Positions 14,664-26,997 of a stretch of 64,000 nucleotides of DNA are shown in pieces; within the stretch, counting starts at the first letter, position 1, and every line of letters begins with the position of its first letter. The stretch spans positions 34,658,001-34,722,000 of the forward strand of contig OX597826.1 of the NCBI GenBank assembly GCA_951406725.2, read 5' to 3'. Below the pieces are notes generated by a model. It did no database searches. It was not told the DNA's origin and was given only the letters and a program-made list of their open reading frames with translations. The DNA is from Octopus vulgaris. Its lineage: Eukaryota. Position numbers and translations under genes: made by a program.

Positions 14664-15071
14664 CCCACACATTCATACACGCTGTAACAGATGCACATAC
14701 GTGTGTGTCTATATGAGCGTAAATACATACATACGTGTTGTTTGTGTCTGTATGAAACTTAGAAAGAAATTCTATATTACGCTTGATTTATTTCAAAGAG
14801 AGTAAACAGTCCCAGAATAGAATCGTAGAACTAGCTAAATATAACTAGTGGGAGATATGGAATGTTTGCGAAGGCCGAATATCTTAAACATTACTGTTAA
14901 TGGTACCAATATTTAATTTTTCCATCATCGTCAAGTGAAGTGTGTTTTCTGATCTAAGTAACAAATACGTCTCCATTTGGTTACTCAAAATTCTAGAAAC
15001 AACAGTCATATATTCCTTCATTCAAGACCCTACCCTCTTAAATGGTCAATACTATTTGTGGTAATATAGAC

Positions 15072-15326
15072 CAGGAGTTCTGAGCTGGAGTCCATATGGC
15101 CCTTGGAGGTCCATAAAAGATTTTTTAGTTAAAATTCGTCTGCGATAAATTGTTCATACTTCTACACTACACAAGATATTTTAACAATTTTTTGATACAA
15201 TTCCAAATAATATTTAATCATAAGAATATAAAATGATATTATTTAAAGCATTGAGTGGCAGCGAAGATCCACCCGAGTATAATAAGATTCAGTTGTGTCC
15301 ATAGGCAAACAGTTTGAAAAACACTG
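15072..15326. mobile_element. hAT-type MITE
   Basis: Ends caggagttctgagctg / cagtttgaaaaacactg. 8-bp TSD atatagac / atatatac. Confidence 0.7.
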
Positions 15327-16383
15327 ATATATACCAAACTATTTCTAAGGTTTGTTGCTAGAAGGTTTTTGAGCATAGCTACGTTCAATCAAGTTTGACA
15401 CGGGATGAAACAACAACAATCAATGATAGATGTCTAATAGTTGGAAAGTTTAATAAATAAATCTTAATGAAATTACTTAAAATATCCCGAAATGAAGCTC
15501 AATATATATTAAGAGGAATTTGATTATATACAAAAATTTAATCAAATCTATGTATTTCTAAATTTAATATAACCCAACTTAATATGTTTTATCTCAAGTG
15601 TAATTTAGTTTATATTTAATCTAAGTTTAATTATATTATTCTGGGAGAGTCATTTTAACAATGTAAGAACACGCAATGACTGTTATGTTTTATTTTGCTT
15701 ATATCTAAATAGTTCAATATCTTATAAAGGGTCAACGAGTCTTCGTTATATTTCAGAGACGTTATCACTGACACAATTCAACAATCAAATATTAACACGC
15801 TCCTTAACATTATAAAATTTATCTTCTTGATTAAATTCAAATGTAATTAAAATTTAAGGCACATTTGAGCTTCATTTCATTTTGAACTAAGTTTAATATT
15901 ATTGATATTCAATTGAAACTCAAACTTGTTTTATATCCTGAAATTAATTAGGATTTGTTATAGAATTATGGGTTTGCAAATAATCATTCGTGTTATCATT
16001 TTTGGAAATGATTTTACAGGTTCTTTCCCTAGTATAATAAGAATTATAGGATTGTTTACAGACTTTTTTTTTGTTTCGGTTCGTGACATGGCGGATCTGA
16101 ACTGATGGGCGTGATATTCTTTCCAGAAATACCATGAAATTCCTGTGGAATATTTGAATCTATAACACACATGTTTGTTGGCTATTCTATGAATGGTTTG
16201 ATAATTTTACTTACAACAAGGCGAGAAGAATATAACTTTCTGAAATTCATCTTAGTGTTAGAAATGGGGTGGATTGAGTGTGTGTATGTGTATGTGTCTA
16301 TATTTGTGAGTATCTGTGTATGTTCTCAGAAGTTTGTGGTAATCTTTACATATGTTACATATACGCAAATATATTCCTTAATT

Positions 16384-16742
16384 CTTTTACTTCAGTCATT
16401 TCACTGCCGCCATGCAGAAGTACTGATTTAAAGGGTTTTATAGTCGAAGAAATCGACCCCAGGGCTAATTCTTTGTAAGCTTAGTACTCATTCTATCGGT
16501 CTCTTTCACTTAACCGCTAAGTTACGAGTACGTAAACACACCAACATCATTTGTCAAGCGATGGTGGAGGTGAAAAACAGAACCACAGGTCCATAGACAA
16601 ACGTGCATGAATATATACAACAGGCTTCTTTCAGTTTCCGTCTATAGAAGAAGAAAATTTCCTAAGGTGCCACACAGTGGGACTGAACCCGGAAACATGT
16701 GGTTGGAAAGCAAATTTCATACCGCAGAGCTACGCCTGTACC

Positions 16743-16743
<1 letters not shown>
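16384..16743 (-). mobile_element. tRNA-derived CORE-type SINE, family B (Octopus OR-like), diverged
   Basis: Reverse complement of the family B head (gggttcagtcccactgtgtggcacct) and tail (aaatgactgaa...taaaaga). Confidence 0.8.
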
Positions 16744-16803
<60 letters not shown>

Positions 16804-17383
16804 AACGGACATATGTGTGTATATGTATACAATATATATATACATAAGGATAAAATCACGTTAATGTTTTTTTATTAGGTAGTTTGCATGCAATACAAAT
16901 TTACAGGTAATCTGTACATCAATTTAATAGTTAAATATATATGTAAATTATTATATTAAGGGAGCAAGGGAGAAAAAGAATGATCTATCTCCAACATGCT
17001 TGAATGCCGAGGCCTCAAAATGCAACCGAAGATCTCCAAAATAATGCACGTGTTGGCGAGCGAGGGAAAAAACATTAAAAAGTCTTCACGTTAATTGTGA
17101 ATTGGGTTCAGGTTTCTGCATTAAATCCGTGGAACAGGCTTTTCCCCTTCGATAACATAGTACACGAGAAATATAAATACAAATGATTATACATACCCTT
17201 ACAAAACAGATTCTCACGTCCACATAAAATTTTATATTTTGGGAGTTTTTCGGTAGCAACTGAAGGCCTCGGCATTCTAGGATGCTGGAGATAGGTCGTT
17301 CCTTTTGTCCTTCTTCCCATAATATTATATATGTATAATTATTAATTTAATGTACAAAGTACACACATACACACACACACACA

Positions 17384-17438
<55 letters not shown>

Positions 17439-17439
17439 C

Positions 17440-17749
17440 TTCGTTCTGGTCTAACGACCATCCATGTTGCTTTTCGTTCGATTTCCTTGTATATCTCCAC
17501 TGTCCTGTTTTTGTTACCAACTTTCACCCTCCATAAATCCAAAATATTATTTTGGTATTTATGGGAGCAACTGTCTCCGACGACTCCTATTGTCGTTGAA
17601 TGCTCGAAATGAGAAGTAGACAACTGATGAAGGGTCGTTCTTTGCGCTACTTGTCCTGTTTCCCATTTTTCTCTCGTTGTTTGCGGATTTAACTCATTTG
17701 TTTACATATTTCATGTTACTTGCTGTTGGTGGCGTTCTGTACCCATATA

Positions 17750-17755
<6 letters not shown>
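17440..17755 (+). mobile_element. Microsatellite-flanked repeat with permuted HHR-like core (family H2)
   Basis: Homologous to 32410-32770(-) and 41380-41790(+). Core gctc-GAAAT-gagaa-GTA-gacaa-CTGATGA-a-ggg at 17602-17634. Ends gtacccatatacgc(ata)n. Confidence 0.65.
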
Positions 17756-17833
<78 letters not shown>

Positions 17834-19689
17834 TTTGAGTGTGTGCGTGTGAATATATGCAAGTGTACATAATATTTAAAATGGGAATAGTCTATAGTGC
17901 GACTATAGGGATCGTAGAAAACCGTACAAACCTGTTAGCTCCACACCAACACAACCGCACAAATCAGAAGCCTCGGTATCTTTCATTATTTCATTTTAAA
18001 TACAATCCTCATATTATGAATTACATACCTTGATCTTATACAAATTATTTGTTTCTGTATTAAAGCAGTTTGTAGATTGAGATGGTGTTATCCTATTTCA
18101 AATATTAATATGAATTTCGATGAAAGCCTCTATACCACTGTACATTTCCCTGAATGCCTATACATTTCCGAGTGTATTGTCTCAATAGTTAGATGTTTTG
18201 AATAACACAGTTTTGTTAGAACATAGTTTCGAAACGATAATTTTAGTTAAATTTGCATAACAAGTTTCATTAAACACTTTCTTATAAAACATCGCTAAAA
18301 AATAACACAACAACAAAAAAAAACCGTGTGACATTGCGTTTAACATGACAGAATTATTTTTGTCGTTTGATTATTTATTAGAAAAGTGAGGAATCTTTCA
18401 AGCATGGAAGCGCTCGTTAGTTCCATTTCAAAGACTAACTTGACAACAGACTCTTATAAACCTTTTCTATAATTTGTTATTCAGCACTGGCCGAAAACGG
18501 GATCGCAAAAACAGGGGAGAAAAATTGAGGAAATACATTAATTATAGCCATAATGTTATTAGAATTTTCAGGTGCTGTTTGTATAGAAAAGACACGAAGA
18601 TACTGAATGATGTATAGAACATTTCTAGTTATTGACAGAGGAGTTTTAGTTAGGAGTATCATTTTACAACGGGTTCTGAGTCAAATGTTTTATGTTGATG
18701 TGTTATAAAGCCATTTATCAATGTTTTATTACATCAATGCAAGTGCAAGAGTTATAAACGCACGCATAATAGCTGCTTGCATGCATGCCTCTCATATGCG
18801 TATATGTGTGTGTGTGCACGGGTGCGAGTGTGTGTTCTTACATGTGTGTGAATGTATGGCAGTGTGGGCACGTTGATATATATTGTAAATATTTGTTATA
18901 TACACTATCATGCCGTAAATGATGTTTATTGATATTTATAGAAGTTTATAGAAGTGAATAGAAAAACATGTGATTGCCTCCCCTTGACAGATCATGATAT
19001 GCATGTCCACTACAGCGTTCCTCGATTATATAAATCCTTAATCTCCTAGACTGATTCTCAAGCATCATGTAAGACAATTAAACTACATGAGCTGTATCTC
19101 CTTCGCTACAACTAATAAATCCAGTTTCTACTTTAATTAAAGTAAATTTCTCATTTAACTGAGAAATTGTAAATCGTCTACGTTATAACTGCATCATCTT
19201 CTAGACTTCTTATTACATATAATCACTAAAAATGATTTTCATAAATCCTTTTAACTTTAATTTTCCACATTTAAAATATTCTGTGTGATTTATCCAAGAT
19301 GTGAAATTAGCTTTACTGGAGATTTCTCTTACGATGTTTTAAAATAATCCCAAACATACAAGTTTGGATGATGGCTTTGTCAGTTATATTGATAGCAATG
19401 CTTAAACAATACATAACTTTATCGATCCGAAATTGGTGAAAGGTAAATCTAAAAACACACAGGATTTTAACTTCAAACGTATTCAGTCGCGACAAATAAT
19501 GAAAGGTATTTGTTTGATGCGCTAACTCTTCTGTTAAACCGATATCCAACTGGAACGTATTAATTTAAATAACTGTCTATGTAAATAATCCCCTCCATGA
19601 AAGTATTTACATGCTTATCCACGTAGTGCTCCGCCCTTCAAGTATGTGCAGATGCTTCAAGTTCTTGTAAAGTTTGTCTGCATCTCTGC

Positions 19690-19846
19690 GTATGTATGAA
19701 AGTATGTATGTATGTATGTATGTATGTATGTATGTATGTATGTATGTATGTATGTATGTATGTATGTAGGTATGTATGTAGGTATGTATGTATGTATGTA
19801 TGTATGTATGTATGTGTGTATGTATGTATGTATGTATGTATGTATG

Positions 19847-19905
<59 letters not shown>

Positions 19906-19921
19906 TTATCTACCTATCTAT
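19690..19921. repeat. (TATG)n-(TATC)n compound tetranucleotide repeat
   Basis: Directly visible. Confidence 0.97.
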
Positions 19922-20242
19922 GTCATTTACCATAAATTTTTCGGTGATTTCCATATTTCTCGTCTTTTCTTCTTTCATGCGCGCACACATACCAACACAC
20001 AATCATATTCGTTTATACCTACGTGTGTGTGCCTGCGTTAGTGTGTGCACAAGAGTGTTTGTGTATGTGTGTGTGTGTGTGTTTCTCTTTGTATGTGTGT
20101 ACGTTTGATTGTTCGTGCGCGTGCGTTTATATGAAAATGATAGCATATTACAATACCCATTTACGTAATATATTCTCTAACATTACATAATTCTTATGCA
20201 AACACACACGCCCATAAGCACACACACACACGCCCATAAACA

Positions 20243-20312
<70 letters not shown>

Positions 20313-20990
20313 CATGTTACGTATGTTTAAAAAAATAGCTGATTTTGTAACAAGAAAACTGTAGTAAGCAGTTATATATCATTTGGAATTCTTTTTGTGA
20401 CATATTTAGAATCCATCTGGATTCGATTTATCTTATCCCTGCAGCTTTACTATTTCGCAAACATATAGCTAAACTGTGCCCTCGTTCATTTTAAATGTTT
20501 CAACAAGTTTTTGGCACGTTTAACTTGAAAGCATATTCATTCATTTCAAAGACAAGTTTCTTGGCATCAATGATGACAGTTTATTCTCCACAGGATCAAT
20601 CTTCAAACAGTCTCTTCCCCAAGAAGTATATGTTTCGCAGCATCTTCCTTAGCGGAAACATCCCGCCTAGTGTCATAACAACATTTTATGTCTTCTGTCA
20701 TGTGGGGTCCTACAACTCACCCCAACCCACATCTTGAAAACATTCATTTTAGTTTCATTTGAGGCAACGGTGTAAATATTTTGCTTTTATTTATTTCAAC
20801 GTACTTCTACTTTAACTACACAATTGCCTTTCACTCTAGTTCCTCATTTAGCTGCTTGTTATAGTTTCTACCTCCCTCCCTCCCTCCCTACATATATACA
20901 TACATACATACATCCCTATATACATACCTACCTATATAAATATCTATCTGTCTATCTTTTTACGTGTGTGTATATAGATATATATAGATA

Positions 20991-21136
20991 TAGGAGTGGC
21001 TGTGTGGTAAGTAGCTTGTTTACCAACTACATGGTTCCGGGTTCAGTCCCACTGCGTGGCACCTTGGGCAAGTGTCTTCTGTTCTAGCCTCGGGCCGACC
21101 AAAGCCTTGTGAGTGGATTTGGTAGACGGAAACTGT
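20991..21136 (+). mobile_element. SINE family B, 5' half only
   Basis: aggagtggctgtgtggtaagtagc...gggttcagtcccactgcgtggcaccttgggcaagtgtcttc (tRNA head plus CORE-like segment). Confidence 0.88.
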
Positions 21137-21371
21137 ATATATATATACACACACACACAGAGAAAGAGAGTGAGGACAATCAGTTATTCTCCGTATAAAA
21201 TGCACTTAGTTGTGCTCAACAAAAATTTCCATATGTTTAACAATAAAAATGGGTCCGATTTACACAGAATAATAGATAATTAAAGGCGTTTCTGGGGTCG
21301 CTAAGTTGGACTTTTTTTATTTATGTAAACATAGTTTTTTTGGTATTTCATGTATCTAATTTACTTTATAG

Positions 21372-21772
21372 AGGCACAGGAGTAACTGTGTGATAAGTAG
21401 CTTGCTTACAAACAACACGGTTCCTGGTTCAGTCCCGCTGCATGGTACCTTGGGCAAGTGGCTACTACTTTAGCCACGAGCCAACCAAAGCCTTGCGAGT
21501 GGATTTGGTAGAAGGAAACTGAAAAAAGATGGTCGTATAAATATATGTATGTGTATGCATTTGTGTATGTTTGTGTGTCTGTGTTTGTCCCCCACCATCG
21601 CTTGACAACTGATGCTGGTGTGTTCACATCCCTATAACTTAGCTGTTCGGCAAAAAGTTCCCGATAGAATAAGTACTAGGCTTACAAAAATTAAGTCTTG
21701 GGCTCGATTTGTTCGGCTAAAGGCGGTGCTCCAGCATGGCTGAAGTCAAATGACTGAAACAAATAAAAGAAT
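21372..21772 (+). mobile_element. SINE family B, full length
   Basis: Head, internal microsatellite, and 3' tail ...ccagcatggc...caaatgactgaaacaaataaaaga. Confidence 0.9.
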
Positions 21773-21841
21773 ATATGCACATGTATATATACACATATAT
21801 ATACATATATATATATGTGTATGTGTTTATGTGTATGTATT

Positions 21842-22262
21842 CTTTTATTCTTTTACTCTTTGACTTGTTTCAGTCGTTTGATTACGGTCATGCTGGGGCA
21901 TCACCTTTAGCCGAGTAAATTGACTGCAGCAGTTATTCTCTGTAAGCTTAATACTTATTTTATCGGTCCTATTTCCAGAAACGCTAGGTTAAGGGGACGT
22001 AAACACAGCAACATCGGGCGGGACAAATACATACACACAAACACACCTACACTCATATATATGTGTGTGTATATATATATATATATATATAGATAGATAG
22101 ATTAATCAGCCGAAATTGCGAGGATGATCCGGTTCTTGACTGAAGATTGAAGGCTTCGAATGTCCCGTCCATGTTTTTTGTATCGTCTCTTTGAGTGTTT
22201 TGCGTTCTTGTCCCAGTTTGTATTTTTTTACATATACATATATGTATATATATATACAAACG

Positions 22263-22297
<35 letters not shown>

Positions 22298-22358
22298 GTA
22301 GTCGGCCCGAAGTTATGGTAGAACACACTTGCCATGCAGTGGGACTGAACCCAGAACC

Positions 22359-22361
<3 letters not shown>
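21842..22361 (-). mobile_element. SINE family B interrupted by another element inside its internal microsatellite
   Basis: 3' part at 21842-22040 and head remnant at 22300-22361 (cagtgggactgaacccagaaccatg). An unrelated insert lies at ~22090-22230. Confidence 0.7.
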
Positions 22362-22401
<40 letters not shown>

Positions 22402-22404
<3 letters not shown>

Positions 22405-22508
22405 AATACTAGATTTCTAAATCTCTCGTAGAAACATGTACCGTGGTGGGGCGTATCGCCCCACCACCGTATATGTCTCTACGAGAGATTTAGAAATCTA
22501 GTATTTCT
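22402..22508. repeat. Near-perfect 107-bp palindrome (52-nt arms, 3 mismatches, TAT loop)
   Basis: agaaatactagatttctaaatctctcgtag...ggtggggcg-tat-cgccccacc...ctacgagagatttagaaatctagtatttct. Confidence 0.95.
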
Positions 22509-22600
22509 AATTTTGATAATCAGTGAATAGACTTCACTGAAATTTAGATATATACATTACGAGTCGAGGCAGATATCAACAGCTGACCGGTGTCTGCTAG

Positions 22601-22645
22601 TCTAGGCCGACGAAGGACAATCATCCTGAAACATGTGTCCATAGA
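22601..22645 (+). ncRNA. Minimal type I hammerhead-like motif (core U4->C)
   Basis: tctagg-CCGACGA-agga caatca tcct-GAAAC-atgt-GTC-cataga. Stems I, II and III are all present and the cleavage triplet is GUC. Confidence 0.7.
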
Positions 22646-22811
22646 TGCAGCCCGGGCGGCTGGGGGTATTTGTCTCCCCTTCGTAAATATATATAAGGAC
22701 ACAGGAAGAATGTGTCAAAGCCATCAGCAGGCGTCGATGCTTCCTAGGGTTAAACAGCGGTGGTGTACCCCCCTACTGTCACGTTCGTGTTAGATTGACA
22801 GTATACAACCT

Positions 22812-22883
<72 letters not shown>

Positions 22884-22910
22884 TATTTATGTATATATAT
22901 ATATATATAT

Positions 22911-22996
<86 letters not shown>

Positions 22997-23919
22997 AGTT
23001 TGTGTGTTTGTATGTGTAAAGGAAATAAAAGAAGATAGATTGATAGATACATAGATAGAGGGAGGGAGAGAGAATGTGCGAAAGCGCTTATTAAAATATT
23101 TTGTCTTAAAAAAGAAACTTATTTTAGGCAGTGTAGCAACAAATGGAGCTCAATATACGTTAGCAAAGCACAAGACCACAAACACGGTGAGAATTACAGT
23201 GGAAACAGATGCTTAAAATTACTATCGATGAATTGAACTAAGTACGTAATATATTCTGGACTTGATATCTTTTCATGTATGTGTATGTGTTTGTAGTAAT
23301 CGTCTGTTTTCCCGAGAACACACACAGACATCTGTGATTCCACAAAAGTAGTTCGTTTTTGCCTGTTTATTTTTTTAGAGATAAAATCGGCAATTTGCAC
23401 GTCTATGCAAAAGGCACTGATGAGAAGTGTTGGTAGAGGAAAATAGGATTCACACTAACACTACTTTGTACGCTCTCACACACATTCCTGTACACAGAAA
23501 CAGGTTTACACTCACAGCAAAGAAAAAGATATGACTGAAATTTCTCTTACACCTCAGAAATATATGTCAATGAATATAAGTATAACACTAAAGACCTGAT
23601 AAACGTAAGCTATATACTCATTACAAGAAATACACTTCACAAGGTTTAGAAGAGGGAGCTCATAACAAACGCCTACGTATGTGAAAGCACACAAACCACA
23701 TATGTAATAAAGTGTATAAACGTACATACACGACAATGGATACACACTCACACACACACACACACACACATATATGTATACTACTTTACATAAAATGAGT
23801 ATATATTTACATATGTATATATAAACATATAACTATACATACATATACATATGTATGCACATATACACACAAGCATACATTTATTTATGCTCGCATACAC
23901 AGACATGCAAATAAGTACA

Positions 23920-23958
<39 letters not shown>

Positions 23959-24089
23959 ACATACACACATACATGCATACATACATACATAATACATACG
24001 TACATGCATGCATACATACATTCATACATTCATACATTTATACATACATACATACATACATACATACATACATACATACATACATACAT

Positions 24090-24126
<37 letters not shown>

Positions 24127-24399
24127 TACATATATACCGTAAGTCATTTTGAAAAACTAAAATTGCACAAAGAACTCGGCTGCGACAAAGACAGTCTCCC
24201 TTTCTGTGTTTTTTTTTTTTAGTTTTTTTTCTTTATTACCGACTTGGCGTTGGTTAATTATGCGTGTCTCTTTGAATTTTTGTCTCTATGTTCTCTCAGA
24301 AGGAAGAAAAAAAGATTGTTTCTCACTGATAGTGATCAGTATACCATGCACTAGGTCTCCCACACTCCGTTTAATGTTGGAAGTCGACTAATCGTAGCA

Positions 24400-24620
<221 letters not shown>

Positions 24621-25231
24621 ACTTTGTGCTACTCCAAGCTAATTCCTTCATATTCTTATTTAATTTCAAACAGATGCTGCCGTATATTTCACAAACACAT
24701 TCCTCAAATATATATTTCTTTATTGTTTCTTTTTTACATAGTCATTTTACATTTTATTATTACTGTTATGGTTAAATTTATCTATATTTTGCTCTTGTGT
24801 CCTTGTTGTTTTGTTTAGGACCATATATGAAGATATACCACGTTACAGTTTTATAACCTTTTCGAGATTTTTGGTTTCAATATTTTGTAACATTTCTCTT
24901 TTATGCAGTACCGTGCATAAGTCTTCGACCACTTTAAACTATTGTAAATTTCTACCTATTGCGAACTTATAAGTGGATGTTTCGCATTGTGCTTTTTTTA
25001 CAGATGAAACATTGGCCCTTTATATCTCAATAAGGTAGTACTCTGCTGGCTTTATAACTTCTATTTGTTACCGGATTTGCGATCGCACACAGACACTCAT
25101 TTACACACAGGCACACACACAAACAAACACATACGGACGCACACAAATGCAAATACACACATATATATATACCGCATTTCCTCGTGGTTAAGTCGCACAA
25201 TTGAAAAGACAGTCGTGTTGCCTACACACGA

Positions 25232-25279
<48 letters not shown>

Positions 25280-25324
25280 GTATGTAAGTATGTATGTATT
25301 ATATATGCATGTATGCATTATGTA

Positions 25325-25354
<30 letters not shown>

Positions 25355-25355
<1 letters not shown>

Positions 25356-25716
25356 CGATTACTTCGATCTCGGTACTATACTGGGACCTATATTATCGAC
25401 CCTGAAAGGATGAAAGGCAAAGTCGACCTCGTCGAAATATGAACTTAAAGCGTTAAAGCTGATGAAATGCCGCTAAGCCTTTTTTCCGGCGTGCCCTCCG
25501 CTATATAATTAATATAGATTTTAAATTTTGGCGTAAGGTCAACAAGATCGGGGAAGGGTACCAGTCGGTTATATCGATCCCCGCACTTACTTAAAGATTG
25601 GTACTTATTTTAACGATCCCGAACGCGGTGAAATTTGAACTCACTGAGTAGAGACGGATGAAATTCGGTTAGGAATCTCGTTCTGTGCGGTTACGGTTCT
25701 GCCACCTCGCCGCCTT
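25355..25716 (-). mobile_element. Two adjacent diverged family A SINEs
   Basis: gaaaggatgaaaggcaaagtcgacctc at ~25404, and a second unit ending ttctgccacctcgccgcct. Confidence 0.75.
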
Positions 25717-25777
25717 GGGTTATATAAATAATACTAACAAAATGATGCCTATCTAGCAAGATCGAAAGAGAGACGGT

Positions 25778-25832
<55 letters not shown>

Positions 25833-26331
25833 GATGAGGAGAGAAAGTGACAGTCAGAGAGAAGTAGAAAGACAAAGAAAGCGAAAGAAAATGCAGGGAT
25901 ACGTAAAAAGTAGAAAAAAAATGAATGAAAAGTACACAATGCTATATATAAATATAAAAAAGGAAAATCTACAGAAAGAAGAAAGAACTCATAGAAAGTG
26001 AAACCAATGTGATTGTCATGATACGAAGATTGTATATTTGCATCAGACATACATATTGCACAAGCTAGATAAATATCGATATGATTTGCTCTTCAGTCTA
26101 ATTCCTAGTTAATACACTATTCCGACAATAGATAAACATTGAAGCACCGAGAGACAGATAAAGAGAAAAAGAGAAAAATTACGAGAAATCGACAGAGAAG
26201 GAGAAAAAGACCGCGCTGTAAAGATATAGAAGATATATAGATATAAATAGAGAATGGGGAGGGAATGGTAGTAGTGGGAGATATTCAATTGCCTTACAAA
26301 TCTAGTTTTTATTGGCTCTTTTTTCATTCAG

Positions 26332-26396
26332 CGAGGCCAACATGATGTCAATGCCGTTGGATATTACGATGCTTACCGAACAAGAGATCACAAAAG
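26332..26396 (+). CDS. Possible isolated 65-nt exon (MMSMPLDITMLTEQEITK in one frame), gene unknown
   Basis: Polypyrimidine acceptor ctcttttttcattcag| and donor AAG|gtaatt. gccaacATG has a good Kozak context. Non-repetitive sequence, no recognised homology. Confidence 0.25.
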
Positions 26397-26793
26397 GTAA
26401 TTGTTCGCCAAAATCTCTTGTATGTGAAAAGGAAAAGAATGATTCGCCAATCCGTCGGAGATTTCCTCGAATCCTATGTTAAATTCACCATTATATAATG
26501 AAAACAGGATTCTTTGCCGCGCCGCAGACGCTAAACAAGTTGATCAAACACCTCGTCAATCATAATTATGTAGAAATATTTATTTATTCGTAACATACAT
26601 ATGTATATATCTCTACATACATCGGAACACGTGCATACACACATATGCATATATGCATATACACAACACAGTAAGATACAACACACACACACAAACACAT
26701 ATATTTGCATATGCTTATGTATTTATGTATATGTGTGTGTATGCGTGAATTTATGCATGTATATAAAGTATAAATATATATTTTTATGTGTGC

Positions 26794-26837
<44 letters not shown>

Positions 26838-26940
26838 GCATGCATGTATTTGTGCATTTATAATCTCTTTCGTAATATTTCCCTATTTCATTTGCTTTGT
26901 ACTTTCGTTTTGTGTATTTGTGCGTGTGTGTGTGTGTGTT

Positions 26941-26997
<57 letters not shown>

